A stretch of 58,337 nucleotides of DNA from an uncultured Sulfolobales archaeon (GCA_938083005.1 CALKCU010000037.1:1-58337); one strand, 5' to 3'; numbered from the stretch's first letter, positions 26,756-37,350 are shown. Numbers and translations: made by a program. Notes: generated by a model from the sequence alone, not told the origin.

Positions 26756-27544
26756 CTAGGAGGAGAACTCCCGCAGGCTGTTCAGGGCTCTTATCGTTTT
26801 TGCGTAGTAGCTCCGCACGACCTCGCTCCGAGGCCTCTCAACGCGGTCTCCGGACAGCTGTATCTCCAGCACCTCGGGACGGGAGTCTTCCGCCACGTCC
26901 GCGAGGGAGCCGTCCCTCTTCACGACGACCGTTGGGGTGGAGTACTCCCTGGAGTAGCCGCCGACTACCACCACGCTCGCGGAGTTCTCGTAGGCCCTCA
27001 TGCGGGCGGCCAGGATCACGAGGTCGGGGTCGAGCTCGGCTACCGGGGGGACGACGCCGATCAGGGTCGAGCAGCCAGACTCCGCGCAATACCTCGAGAC
27101 CTCCGGGTAGAACAGGTCGTCGAGGAGGAGGAAGCACACGCTCACGCCGCGCACGTCCACGACCGGGGACCTAGGCACGTAGCCCTTGAACTCCGGGCCG
27201 AACTTCACGAACTTCCTAGACACCTCGCTCCTCGATACTGCCTCGACTACGGAGAGGAACGTATTCCTACCGTACCTCATCGCCGCCGGACCGACGTATA
27301 CTCGCTCGGAGCCCACTACCGCGGACACTCTATCAGTCAGGCTATTGACCACTCTCCTGTACGAGCTGTAGTCCTTCCTACCGGCCAGGAGGTCTCTCAG
27401 GGGCTTTGCGGGTAGGGGAACCACGGAAGCGACCGACGGACCCGCCTCGGCGGCGAGCCTGTAGACTTCCTTGGCGAACTCCTTAGCCCCGACCCCCAGG
27501 TCCAGCCTGTAAACCGCTAGAGTTACCGCCTTCCTGGACCCCAA
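26756..27544 (-). CDS. Carbon-nitrogen hydrolase (nitrilase) fold protein, catalytic residues degenerate
   Basis: DDLFYPEVSR, ARMRAYEN and VVKRDG resemble nitrilase-family motifs; TTG 27544 is 1 nt after the rgy stop. Confidence 0.65.
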   Translation of the reverse strand: MGSRKAVTLAVYRLDLGVGAKEFAKEVYRLAAEAGPSVASVVPLPAKPLRDLLAGRKDYSSYRRVVNSLTDRVSAVVGSERVYVGPAAMRYGRNTFLSVVEAVSRSEVSRKFVKFGPEFKGYVPRSPVVDVRGVSVCFLLLDDLFYPEVSRYCAESGCSTLIGVVPPVAELDPDLVILAARMRAYENSASVVVVGGYSREYSTPTVVVKRDGSLADVAEDSRPEVLEIQLSGDRVERPRSEVVRSYYAKTIRALNSLREFSS

Positions 27545-27545
27545 C

Positions 27546-30500
27546 TCACACCAACCCCATATTCTCCAGATCGCTGTAGAGTATCGACAGCACCTCCTCG
27601 TAATCTTCCTGACCCCGCTCCACCATATCCATCCTCCTCTCAAGGTCCCTGGTTCTCTCCTCGCTGACGAGGTTCCCGAACCTCTTCACCAGGTAGTCGT
27701 AGACTCTCTCCCCGAGGAGCGTCGGATCCATGAAGCCCGCACTCCCGATCTTGAGAGCGTAGCCCCTCCTCAGGATGGTCTCCACGATCTTGGAGTACGT
27801 GCTGGGCCTACCTATACCCGCTCTCTTCATCTCGCGTACAAGGGACGCCTCCGTGTGAGGGAGGTGCCTGCTCCTGCTAAGCAGACTAAAACTGGACGCT
27901 AAGTAGGTGCCCGGCGCGATCGGCTTCCTGACGCGGATCGTCCTATCGTACTTGAGGAAGCCCTCTTTAACTACGGACGTGTATATCTCGAGGTACTTCC
28001 TGGGCTTTGCGACGATCTCACGGCCCTTCTTGAGCCTCATCACCATTCTGTACTTAAACCTGGAGACGACGACCTTGGCCCGAGCCGACTGGGACGCTAT
28101 GAACCTCCTGAAGATCGCGTCGTAGACCATGTAGTGCTCCCTCCGTAGCCTGATAACCGGCTCGATCACGCCCTCCTCTACGAGTCTCCGCAGGGTCTCC
28201 GCGTCGATGGGCCTCGTGGGCCTTATGGCCTCGTGAGCGCCCCCCTCACCCCACCTTCTGGGTCTGAAGATCTTCTTGTACCCCCTTCCTTCCACCTGTC
28301 TTAAATAGTCCTCGGCTACCCTGATCCCGGCATCCGAGACCCTGGTGCTATCAGTCCTGTGGTAGGTTATGAGACCTACCTCGAAGAGGTCTTGAAGTAT
28401 CTCCATGACCCTCGCGGCGGGCATTCTGTACCTACTGCATAGCTCGGAGAGAGCGGAGTCGGTGGTGAACGGAGGCGGTGCTTTGAGCAGCTTTCTCAGC
28501 TCTCCTCTCCTCGGGACTTCTACTATCACCTCGACCGAGGCTATGCTGGTGGCGCGCCGGATCTTCCTGTCGTATTCCTTCGGGAGTTCGTAGGTGAACT
28601 CTACGTCGCCCAGACCCTCGACGGTCGCGACCAAGACCCTCCTCCTAGTCGCCCTGTACCTCTTTTCGGCATCTATTACCCAGCCCAGGACCGGGGTCTG
28701 CACTCTACCCGCTGAGAGGTTCCTGTATACCCTTGGGTTCTTCTCGCAGAGGCTTCTGTACCGCTGTTGGGTCACCTCGCGGCAGAAGCCGATCCAGAAG
28801 TTCCCCTGGAGCTCCCTAGAGAGGGAGAAGCCTATCCACCTATCCTCGATACGCCTCACGAGCTGAGCCTTGACGAGCTTCGTATCAACGTCCCTGGGGT
28901 TAGCGATGGCGTTGAGTAGGGCTCTCCTCGTCACTTCGTGGAACTCTATCCTCCTAATGTTGCCGTTCATCGGGGCGACGAGGCTGACCAGGTCGTAGGC
29001 TATCTTCTCGCCCTCGGTATCCGGGTCCGTTCCGACCAGCACCTCGTCTACCTCCATCGCGACGTCTCTGATCGCCGAGACGAAGTCCCACGAGTTCACT
29101 ACGCGCTTCGAGCCGCAGTAGGGACAGGCGTCTTCTGCTGGCTCGTTCGTAAACTGTCTACCGCACGACTGACACCTCTTTATGGGAGCGTAGATGGGAA
29201 CGTACTTCAGGGGTCTGGGGTTCCCGCTCTTAATAGCTACCCCGAAGAGTATCCTCCACTCGCTGAAGTGAGTGGGCTCCGCGAGGTCCGTGATCAGATC
29301 GTAGACGTGACCTCCGGACGACGTTACGAGCAGGGTCTGATTGCCGAGGCTAACCTCGTATACGCGAAGCCTCCCGTAGACCCTAGTGCTCGGCCTCCCG
29401 AAGAACCTCGCCATGGTCCTCGCCTTGTTCGGGGACTCGACGACCAGGAGGGAGGTCTTGAACTCGAGCCCCCTCAGCTTCTTCAGCTCCTCCTCGGGCA
29501 CTGTGCCCTCGCGGATCCTCCTTATAAGCTCCCTGTCCCCATCGACCTCCTTCATGATCTCCTCAGGGTGGATCTCCGAGTACTTCACGAACTTGAAGTC
29601 GTCCATGACGAAGGAGAGCCTCCTCTCGAGCCCCCTCAGGAGCCTCTTGTCATCAACTATGGTTATCGAGATACCCCTGCTTATGCCCCCAAGGTAGAGC
29701 CTCGACGTCCTACCGCTCGCCTGGATGTAAGTCGGGGCGTCCGGGATGAGTACGTAGCGCTCCCCATTCTCACTCACGACAGCGACCTCGGGGTTTCGGA
29801 CTATGGAGTCTAGGACCCTGGGGTCCTTGATCAAGTCCTCGACGAGCTTGAGGGCTTCCACGAAGACCCTCTCGACAGAGGTCTCCGGCTCTCTAGCCCT
29901 CCTCATAACCTCCCTAAACCTCTCGATCGCGAAGGCCCCGGCCCTCCGCACGGTCCTCGCCAGCCTCGCGTAGCACCTCTCCAGCTTCTCGCGTACCTCA
30001 TCGGACTCGACGGAGCTTATCAGGATGGGCAGGAGCCTGAGGACGTCCGCCGCGTCGAGCCTCTCCACTCTTAGCGCGACCTTGTGCCTCGGGACGCCGA
30101 CGAAGACCGCATACCTTACGTGCTCGGGAAGGTCTATGCCCCTGACGAGCACTCCGTAGTACGTCGCTACCCCGACAAGCACGTCTACCTCTCCGGAGAC
30201 GAAGAGCTGCAGCGTACCGGTCTTCTTACTGTGGAGGGCCTCGGCTCTCACCCCCGAGGCTCTCAGGTGCTCCGCTAGGTGGTTAGCGTACTCTATACCC
30301 CGGTCGGTAGGTACGTAAACCAGCCCCCCCTTCCCCAAGCTCTTCACAAGCTCAGCCGCGGTCTCCTCGAGACTCTTGGAGGGAAGGATGTAGGCGTCGA
30401 CTACGTTCCTTATGAGCTCGGGACGCGCGCCGATGTCGAACCCTAGCAGCTCCCTGAAGAGCCTGGACCTGATGCCCCTGGGCGAGCCGGTGGCTGAGGA

Positions 30501-31397
30501 TATCACGAGCACGGACTTCACTCTCCTCGCTCTCTCCCTCAAGAGGCTCTCTCGCTCCGCCAGCTCCTTCTCCACGTCCTCCCGGGGACCGCGGTACGCT
30601 ACCTCCCTCCTCAGCTTTATGAGCTCCATGCCAGCGGCGATGTCCTCCTCGGAGAACCCCATCAGTTGCAGGATGAGCTCTATGGCTCTGGACCCGCGCA
30701 TGATAGCGTCTACGTCATCTACAAACACGTACCCGAATCTACGGCTCTCCTGCTCGTCGGAGTTCTTCATCTTGATCTTGTCGAAGTTCTTCATGAGGTA
30801 CCTGGATGTGGTGATGAGTATGTCGAAGTCCCACTTTTGTACCGCCTCCTCCCTCTTGAGCCTCTCGGACTTGCTCAGCCTGGAGTGTATCGAGACCACC
30901 AGGGCCGTAAGGCCTAGCCTGTCGAGGAACCTCCTCACTATCCTCTCGGCCTGATCCACCAGGATCGTCGTCGGCACTATGACGTAGCTCTTGCGCCCCT
31001 TCATAGCGAAGTAGATAGCGGCCAGGAGACCCGCGGTGGTCTTGCCGACGCCGGTGGGCGCCAGCATCGCGAACGATATCCCCTTGCTCAGCCGCTTGAG
31101 CCAGAGCTTCTGGACGCCCCAGGGCTCACTCCCCACGGCCCTCCTGAAGAGGTCCAGGAGCTCCCCGTAGACCCTCTCTACCTCCTCCAGCTCTCCGTAG
31201 AGCTTTATGGTGCCCCTCTCCCTCATCGCGCGGAACAAGGACTCCCTGTCGGCGATCACTTCACTGGACGGGAGGCACCTGACGCACGGAAGGCCGGCGA
31301 GGAGCCTCTTGTCGCTAATAGCACCTCCGCAGTTGGGACATGCCCTGAGGTACACAGCTAGCGACGCTTCATCAAGCTCCTCCCTAACTACTACCAC
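27546..31397 (-). CDS. rgy: Reverse gyrase
   Basis: N-terminal CPNC Zn finger, APTGVGKT, DDVD, YIQASGRTSR, VESPNKA, DPDTEGE, SAGRVQTP, ITYHRTD, GIGRPSTY motifs. Confidence 0.97.
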   Translation of the reverse strand: MVVVREELDEASLAVYLRACPNCGGAISDKRLLAGLPCVRCLPSSEVIADRESLFRAMRERGTIKLYGELEEVERVYGELLDLFRRAVGSEPWGVQKLWLKRLSKGISFAMLAPTGVGKTTAGLLAAIYFAMKGRKSYVIVPTTILVDQAERIVRRFLDRLGLTALVVSIHSRLSKSERLKREEAVQKWDFDILITTSRYLMKNFDKIKMKNSDEQESRRFGYVFVDDVDAIMRGSRAIELILQLMGFSEEDIAAGMELIKLRREVAYRGPREDVEKELAERESLLRERARRVKSVLVISSATGSPRGIRSRLFRELLGFDIGARPELIRNVVDAYILPSKSLEETAAELVKSLGKGGLVYVPTDRGIEYANHLAEHLRASGVRAEALHSKKTGTLQLFVSGEVDVLVGVATYYGVLVRGIDLPEHVRYAVFVGVPRHKVALRVERLDAADVLRLLPILISSVESDEVREKLERCYARLARTVRRAGAFAIERFREVMRRAREPETSVERVFVEALKLVEDLIKDPRVLDSIVRNPEVAVVSENGERYVLIPDAPTYIQASGRTSRLYLGGISRGISITIVDDKRLLRGLERRLSFVMDDFKFVKYSEIHPEEIMKEVDGDRELIRRIREGTVPEEELKKLRGLEFKTSLLVVESPNKARTMARFFGRPSTRVYGRLRVYEVSLGNQTLLVTSSGGHVYDLITDLAEPTHFSEWRILFGVAIKSGNPRPLKYVPIYAPIKRCQSCGRQFTNEPAEDACPYCGSKRVVNSWDFVSAIRDVAMEVDEVLVGTDPDTEGEKIAYDLVSLVAPMNGNIRRIEFHEVTRRALLNAIANPRDVDTKLVKAQLVRRIEDRWIGFSLSRELQGNFWIGFCREVTQQRYRSLCEKNPRVYRNLSAGRVQTPVLGWVIDAEKRYRATRRRVLVATVEGLGDVEFTYELPKEYDRKIRRATSIASVEVIVEVPRRGELRKLLKAPPPFTTDSALSELCSRYRMPAARVMEILQDLFEVGLITYHRTDSTRVSDAGIRVAEDYLRQVEGRGYKKIFRPRRWGEGGAHEAIRPTRPIDAETLRRLVEEGVIEPVIRLRREHYMVYDAIFRRFIASQSARAKVVVSRFKYRMVMRLKKGREIVAKPRKYLEIYTSVVKEGFLKYDRTIRVRKPIAPGTYLASSFSLLSRSRHLPHTEASLVREMKRAGIGRPSTYSKIVETILRRGYALKIGSAGFMDPTLLGERVYDYLVKRFGNLVSEERTRDLERRMDMVERGQEDYEEVLSILYSDLENMGLV

Positions 31398-31523
31398 TTA
31401 TTCCCTCGCCCTTCCACTTAACCCTCTAGCCGTAGGGCTGCTTAAAAACCTTAGCTTGCTCGAACGGGTCTTCGACGATCTCCGCGGCTTGCCAAGATAC
31501 TGCCGTAATACTGGGGAGGGGGT

Positions 31524-32462
31524 TCACACCAGCGTGTCGACTAGGTACGCTGCCAGCAGCGGGAGCAGTACCGTCGCATCGCCGTAGACCGTGACGTGCT
31601 TGCCCCTCGCACTGATCTTGCCCCAGGAAACAGCCTCCCTCGTCCTAGCTCCACTGAGGGAGCCGTCCCACTCGACTGCCGTGGTTATGTAGACCGCGTA
31701 GTCCAGGCCTCCCCTGAACTGGTTCCACCAGATGGTGTGGTGCTTGCTTATCCCCCCACCCAGCACCAGGGCCAGGCTCTTCCTGGAGGCGAAGACTATG
31801 TCGGACAGCTCCCTAGCGTCCCCGAATAGATCCAGCCGCACCTCCCGGAACTGCGAAAAGACGAAGAGACTAGTCCCGAAGGCTCCGTCCATTATGCCCG
31901 GCACGTAAACCCGGGCGCCGGACCTGTAGGCGGCCCCGAGGATGGAGTTCTGGTCGTCTCTAAGGTCTCTCCCGACCTCGTGGAGAAGCTCTCTCACGCT
32001 CCACGACTGCTTAACGCTCGAGAGCCTCTCGACTAGGTGCTTAACGTAGGACTCGATCAGGGGTCCGTAGCTGTCCCTGGGGACGAGGACGTTTCCCAGC
32101 CTGTGGATCCCTCTCTCGTACAGCTCCGCGTCGTCCATGTCGAAGCTCCCCCTGTAGTACTTGCTCCCCAGACTCCTGGCGACGTCGTGGTCGACAGCCC
32201 CGCAGGTCGTGATGATGACGTTGAAGAGGCCCAGCTCCGCGAGCTGCGCTATCAACCCCCTCAGGCCGGTCGCCACGAGGTTGCCGGTGAACGCCAGGAA
32301 CCTAGTGTCGGACTCCCTGACCCCCTCGCGCAGGATCTCCGCCGCTAACCAGAGAGGGCCGGCTGTGAAGCCGTGCACCCTCCCGTAGGCCTCCACGAGC
32401 TCCCAGACCCTCATCCCCTTCCTGACCCTCACGTCCTCTACCGGAGCGTACTCTCCGCACAC
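31524..32462 (-). CDS. dys: Deoxyhypusine synthase
   Basis: TGNLVATGLR, IHRLGN, GGGISKHH, DGSLSGA, EAVSWGK motifs. Confidence 0.95.
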   Translation of the reverse strand: MCGEYAPVEDVRVRKGMRVWELVEAYGRVHGFTAGPLWLAAEILREGVRESDTRFLAFTGNLVATGLRGLIAQLAELGLFNVIITTCGAVDHDVARSLGSKYYRGSFDMDDAELYERGIHRLGNVLVPRDSYGPLIESYVKHLVERLSSVKQSWSVRELLHEVGRDLRDDQNSILGAAYRSGARVYVPGIMDGAFGTSLFVFSQFREVRLDLFGDARELSDIVFASRKSLALVLGGGISKHHTIWWNQFRGGLDYAVYITTAVEWDGSLSGARTREAVSWGKISARGKHVTVYGDATVLLPLLAAYLVDTLV

Positions 32463-32554
32463 GGCAGGCTGTCACCGCGGAATAGTCTCCCCGCGGGTTT
32501 TGAGAGCTACATCGCGGTTATCGGGAGAACGCCCGGGTCTCCTGCGGCCCCTCT

Positions 32555-33841
32555 CTAGTACAGCTCTCTCGGGTCCCCGAGGGATTCCGCGCTCACGGTC
32601 CTCTGGGTCCCGGTCTTCAAGCACTTCACGGTGACCCTCCCGTCCCTCAGCTCAGCCTCGCCCACTATCGCCACGTAGTCGTACCCCATCCTCGCGGCCT
32701 GGCCCACAAGGTCGGAGAGTCTGTGCTTCTGAGCGTACCTCACGTCCACGACTACTCCGCTCCCCCGCATCCTGCTGGCTACTCTATCCACGAAGACTAC
32801 GTCGCTCACCAAGGATATCAGCATGGTCCTGGGTCTGGGCTTCACAAGGTCTTTGAGAACCCCCTCGGACTCCAGCGCGAGTAGAGTCCTCTCGACGCCC
32901 AGGGAGAACCCGACGGCGGGGACCTCGGCTCCTCCCAGTATCCGGGAGAGGGTGTCGTACCTGCCTCCGCCCCCGATGCTGAGGTTGAAGCCGGGGATGG
33001 AGATCTCGAAGATGGTCCCGGTGTAGTAGGCCAACCCTCTGACGAGCCTGAAGTCCACGTACACTCTGAGGCCGAGGTTCAGGAGGGCCTCGAAGATCTC
33101 GAGGAGCCTGCTCACCCCAGTCGAGAGCAGCTCTTGAGGTAGCCCGAGCCTCCCCACCTCGGTTCTGAGCTCCTCGGGCGACTCTGCCCTGACCCCCAGC
33201 AAACTCTCGAGTAGCGAGGCCTCCGGGCCGGCGTAGCCCCCCACCACCTCAAGGGCCCTACCGATTTCGCCTCTGTCGACCAGGTGGAGGACCTCGTCCT
33301 GGACTTCCTCCGGGATTCTCCATCTCGTTAGGAGCCCCCTCGCTATAGATATATCGTTTATCCTGAAGGCGTAGCCCGACAGCCCTATAGCCTCGTAGTA
33401 GTCCCTTATCAGCTGGAAGAGCTCTATGTCGGCGTAAACCCGGGGCTCCCCGATGTACTCCGCACCGACCTGGTAGAACTCTCTGTACCTGCCCAGCTGG
33501 GGCTCCTCGTACCTGAAGACCTGTCCGTAGTAGTACAGCTTGACGGGCTTTGGTCTAGCGGTCAGGTGCCTCAGGTACGCTCTGACCACGCTGGCCGTGA
33601 ACTCTGGCCTCAGGCAGATGGTCCTGCCGGCCTTGTCTTGGAACACGTACATGCTCTTGCTTATCCCGGGACCCGACTTCGCCTCGTAGATCTCGAAGTG
33701 CTCTATCGTGGGGATTATCGTCAGCCTGTAGCCGTAGAGCTCAGCTATCTCCGAGAACTTCGATACGAGCTGCTGGTAGTACTCGGACACCGGGGGGAGT
33801 ATGTCCCTAGTCCCCCTCGCCGGATCCAGAGGGACCCTCAT
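32555..33841 (-). CDS. hisS: Histidine--tRNA ligase
   Basis: RGTRD, LRPEFT, FRYEEPQLGRYREF, RGLAYYTG, GGGRYD motifs; start at ATG 33841. Confidence 0.96.
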   Translation of the reverse strand: MRVPLDPARGTRDILPPVSEYYQQLVSKFSEIAELYGYRLTIIPTIEHFEIYEAKSGPGISKSMYVFQDKAGRTICLRPEFTASVVRAYLRHLTARPKPVKLYYYGQVFRYEEPQLGRYREFYQVGAEYIGEPRVYADIELFQLIRDYYEAIGLSGYAFRINDISIARGLLTRWRIPEEVQDEVLHLVDRGEIGRALEVVGGYAGPEASLLESLLGVRAESPEELRTEVGRLGLPQELLSTGVSRLLEIFEALLNLGLRVYVDFRLVRGLAYYTGTIFEISIPGFNLSIGGGGRYDTLSRILGGAEVPAVGFSLGVERTLLALESEGVLKDLVKPRPRTMLISLVSDVVFVDRVASRMRGSGVVVDVRYAQKHRLSDLVGQAARMGYDYVAIVGEAELRDGRVTVKCLKTGTQRTVSAESLGDPRELY

Positions 33842-34379
33842 CCAGGTACACCCTGCCGAGGTCCTGCGCACGGGACAGGCTGGCCGAGTAGTAAGTAACA
33901 TCCCCGTGCGCGTCCACTACGGCTATCACGGGGGAGAACTCGCGCATTATCGCGGACCTCACCCACTCGGCTATCTCCGACGCCTCGACCAGAGCGTTCT
34001 CTTCGAGGACTAAGACGAGGATTCTCTGGCTGCCCTTGGTGTAGAACAGCTCCCTGGGGGAGAAGCCCGACTTGGCTTTCCTCCCCCTCTCCCTCAGGTC
34101 CAGGAGCACGACGAACTTGGACCAGGCGTAGTCCATCGAGGGTAGGTAGGAGTAGAGGGAGGCTAGGTCGAACTTCTCGTTCCCCACGTACACGTCGCAG
34201 AGGCCCTTGTACACGAGGTATGTTATCTCGGCCACGTCGAGAAAATACTTACCCCCGCCGGCGGGCCACCCTAGGTCCAGCTTATCCGCTATCCCGCTCT
34301 CGTCGAGGACTACCACTCTCCAGTCCTCGACGCCCACCACCCTGACCGAGGGTCTCTCGGACGTGCGTACCGATACCAC
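33807..34379 (-). CDS. tRNA-splicing endonuclease, structural (non-catalytic) subunit-like
   Basis: EITYL, DLRERG..KSGF and AVVD.GDVTYY patterns typical of the EndA fold; catalytic Tyr/His/Lys not evident. Confidence 0.65.
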   Translation of the reverse strand: MVSVRTSERPSVRVVGVEDWRVVVLDESGIADKLDLGWPAGGGKYFLDVAEITYLVYKGLCDVYVGNEKFDLASLYSYLPSMDYAWSKFVVLLDLRERGRKAKSGFSPRELFYTKGSQRILVLVLEENALVEASEIAEWVRSAIMREFSPVIAVVDAHGDVTYYSASLSRAQDLGRVYLDEGPSGSGEGD

Positions 34380-34513
34380 CTCTAAATCCTCCTCACGCTA
34401 TGGTACAATTTAAATCGGCGTCCTCCGGACCTCCACTCGGACTCGGCATCGTCGGGCTCTAGCTCCACGTCTCTCTGTACTGCGATCCTCCGAGGAAAGG
34501 TTTTTATATTCCA

Positions 34514-36313
34514 ATGGGAATGCTGTGGAGGTGGTATCTTACGAAACGGGGGGCTTTCGTTAAAGCTATCGTAATAATCGTCGTTCTGGCTGTAGGCTTA
34601 CTCCTGCTGGCTCCACCGAACGCCGAGTACATGCCCGAGGAGAAGAGGTTTCCCTACTACACGTTTCCACTACTCCCACCGCTCCTAGCGATAACCCTCT
34701 GTATACTCACGGGACAGGTACTGCCAGCGCTCTTCCTGGGGATCTGGGTCGGCGCCCTGATGGTATCGGCGTACAACCCCCTGGCTGCCACTACTCAAAC
34801 CCTCGGCTGGCTCGTCGAGAACGCGACCGACCCCTGGAACGCCACTATACTCCTCTTCGACTTCGTCATAGGAGCCTTCGTCGGCCTGCTCTACGTATCG
34901 GGGTCCATGCACAGCCTGGCCGAGTCCCTGTCGAGAAGAGTCAGGACGTCTCGGGGAGCGGGCCTGGCTACGGCCGCTCTGGGGACCATAGCCTTCTTCG
35001 ACGACTACGCCAACACCGTGATCGTGGGGAACGCCATGAGGCCCCTGACCGACAGGCTTAGAGTGAGCAGGGAGCTCCTGAGCTACATAGTCGACTCGAC
35101 GGCCGCGCCCGTGGCCGGCATCTTCCTAGTCTCGACCTGGATCGGTTACGAGGTAGGGCTGATAAGAGGAGCCATCGAGACTCTCCAGGAGGAGGTGGCG
35201 GCCGGGAAGCTGCCCGCGGCGCCCACGGTAGGTCCCTACGCTATGTGGCTCTCCGCACTCCCGTACCACTTCTACTCCATCCTAGCTCTGCTGCTGGTCT
35301 ACCTGGTCATAGCGTTCAGGAGGCACTTCGGCCCCATGCTGGCGGCCGAGAGGAGGGTATACAGCGAGGGCAAGGTCCTTAGGGACGGAGCAGTGCCCCT
35401 AATGCCGACCGAGACGATACTCGGGGAGCCGGTCAAGGAGAGGAGAGCCTCTCCCCTGCTGTTCGTGGTCTCCATCGTGGTGCTGATAGCGGTAACCCTC
35501 CTGGGCATATGGTACACGGGAGCCCAGGCCATCATAGAGTCCTACGCGGAGGAGGGGATAGTCTACGCGGAGCCTTGGTGGACGATACCGTTCTCCGAGG
35601 CGCTGCTGGAGTCGGACGCGGCCACGGCACTGCTCTGGGGGAGCTTCGCCGGGTACCTGGTGGCCCTGGCCGGCGTCCTCCTCGGGAGAGTGGTGAGCTT
35701 CTCTAAGGCGATGGAGTACACGGTCAAGGGCATGTACACAATGCTCTACGCCAACGCTATACTCCTGCACGCCTGGAGCATCAAGACCGCCACCGACGCG
35801 CTAGGCACGGCCGACTACGTGGTGGGACACGCCGTGGCGGTAGGGATCCCGGCTCTCGCCGCTCCACTGCTGATATTCCTGGTCTGCATGTTCATATCCT
35901 ACACCACGGGGACCAGCTGGGGCACGTTCGGGGTAATGATGCCCATAGCGGTGCCTCTCGCCTGGAAGCTGGCGCTGATACAGTTCGGGGACCCGGCTCT
36001 CGCTCACGTCCTCGCTGCGGCCTCCATAGGCGCGGTCTTCGGCGGGGGGATCTACGGGGACCACGTCTCACCGATAAGCGACACGACCATAATGTCCTCG
36101 ATGTTCAGCGGCTGCGACCACATAGACCACGTGAAGACTCAGCTGCCTTACGGCACTCTGGCGGCCGCCGTGAGCGTGGTGCTCTACCTGCTGATGCTAG
36201 CCGGGGTGACCAGCCCGCTGGTGCTTCTGCCGCTCGGCATAGTCCTACTCGTCCTGGTGTACCTGGCTATAACGAGGAAGACGCCCCCGGTACCCAACTT
36301 TAGGACGCTCTGA
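34514..36313 (+). CDS. NhaC-family Na+/H+ antiporter or amino-acid transporter
   Basis: FFDDYAN, YIVDSTAAP, TGTSWGTF, GDHVSPISDTT motifs; start uncertain (see findings). Confidence 0.88.
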   Translation: MGMLWRWYLTKRGAFVKAIVIIVVLAVGLLLLAPPNAEYMPEEKRFPYYTFPLLPPLLAITLCILTGQVLPALFLGIWVGALMVSAYNPLAATTQTLGWLVENATDPWNATILLFDFVIGAFVGLLYVSGSMHSLAESLSRRVRTSRGAGLATAALGTIAFFDDYANTVIVGNAMRPLTDRLRVSRELLSYIVDSTAAPVAGIFLVSTWIGYEVGLIRGAIETLQEEVAAGKLPAAPTVGPYAMWLSALPYHFYSILALLLVYLVIAFRRHFGPMLAAERRVYSEGKVLRDGAVPLMPTETILGEPVKERRASPLLFVVSIVVLIAVTLLGIWYTGAQAIIESYAEEGIVYAEPWWTIPFSEALLESDAATALLWGSFAGYLVALAGVLLGRVVSFSKAMEYTVKGMYTMLYANAILLHAWSIKTATDALGTADYVVGHAVAVGIPALAAPLLIFLVCMFISYTTGTSWGTFGVMMPIAVPLAWKLALIQFGDPALAHVLAAASIGAVFGGGIYGDHVSPISDTTIMSSMFSGCDHIDHVKTQLPYGTLAAAVSVVLYLLMLAGVTSPLVLLPLGIVLLVLVYLAITRKTPPVPNFRTL

Positions 36314-36353
36314 GGGCGTTCAAGGCTCTTTTTCCCCGCGAGTTCGCTCGACG

Positions 36354-36914
36354 TTACGGGATTTTTACCTGCCTTAGGTAGTCGACGACCCTTACGACCG
36401 TGAACCTAGGCCCGCACTCCCGCTCGCTCGTAGCGCAGATGAACGTGACCAGGGCCCCCTCCTCTCCCCCCAGCACCCTCAGCTCCACCACCCTACCCTC
36501 GGACCTCTCCACAACCCTGGGCCTCAGGCACTCCAGCAGGTACGCGGCCACGGTCTCGGGGAAGCCCCTGGGGAGGGTCCCAGGGACTATGACCAGCTCC
36601 AGCATTCCGAGCGGGAGCTGGGAGCCGGGCAGCTCCCCGAGCAGGCTGACCCTCCCCAACTTGAGGAGGAACTCCCTCCTGGGCCTCGACCCTTCCACTC
36701 TCAGGAAGGAGAGGGCTGAGGGGTTGCCCCTCTTCTCCATAGCGACCAGGACTCCGTAAGCACCGAGAGAGGAAGCCTTGACGGCTAGCTCCCCGTACGT
36801 GGCCTTGCCCCTGGTCACTCTCACCGAGTGGGGGAGGACCCTGCTAAGGTCCTTGACGAAGCTGCGGGTCCTCCTTGAGGGCTCCCTAGACGTAGTTATC
36901 AGAAGCCTGCTCAT
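36354..36914 (-). CDS. Brix-domain ribosome biogenesis protein (Imp4-like)
   Basis: LITTSREPSRRTRSF, RGK, GNP motifs; coupled to rpl37ae. Confidence 0.85.
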   Translation of the reverse strand: MSRLLITTSREPSRRTRSFVKDLSRVLPHSVRVTRGKATYGELAVKASSLGAYGVLVAMEKRGNPSALSFLRVEGSRPRREFLLKLGRVSLLGELPGSQLPLGMLELVIVPGTLPRGFPETVAAYLLECLRPRVVERSEGRVVELRVLGGEEGALVTFICATSERECGPRFTVVRVVDYLRQVKIP

Positions 36915-37207
36915 TGAGAGCTAGACCTTTCCTGCGGGCGCGCCCTCTCTCCAGCCACGGTTATCGCTCTGCCCACCTCCGTGTAGGGCTGGTAGGCGCC
37001 CCCGGCAAAGACCCTCCCGCACTTGGGGCACCTCCAGAGACCGACCGAGAGCCTCTCGAAGACGGTCTTGGTACCGCAGAGCGGGCACACGTACACCGAG
37101 TACCTGCGCTCCACGACCTCCCTCCACTTCTTCCTGAGCGACGATCCGTACCTGGCGCCGAACCTGCCAGCTACGCCGACTACCCTGGTCCTGCCCGTCC
37201 CCGGCAC
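36911..37207 (-). CDS. rpl37ae: 50S ribosomal protein L37ae (eL43)
   Basis: GRFGARYGSSLRK, CPLC, WRCPKC, GGAY motifs; GTG 37207 downstream of a TTTTTAA box. Confidence 0.93.
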   Translation of the reverse strand: MPGTGRTRVVGVAGRFGARYGSSLRKKWREVVERRYSVYVCPLCGTKTVFERLSVGLWRCPKCGRVFAGGAYQPYTEVGRAITVAGERARPQERSSSQ

Positions 37208-37350
37208 CTCGAAATGTGGAACCGCCGAACTTAAAAAGCTTGAGGTAGACCGCCCCTCAAAACGGCGGATCTCGGGGCCCCGAGAACCTGGAGGGCTCGG
37301 TGGAAGGAGGGTCGGCATAGCGGAGGGCCCGGCTCGTGGGATCGGGAATC

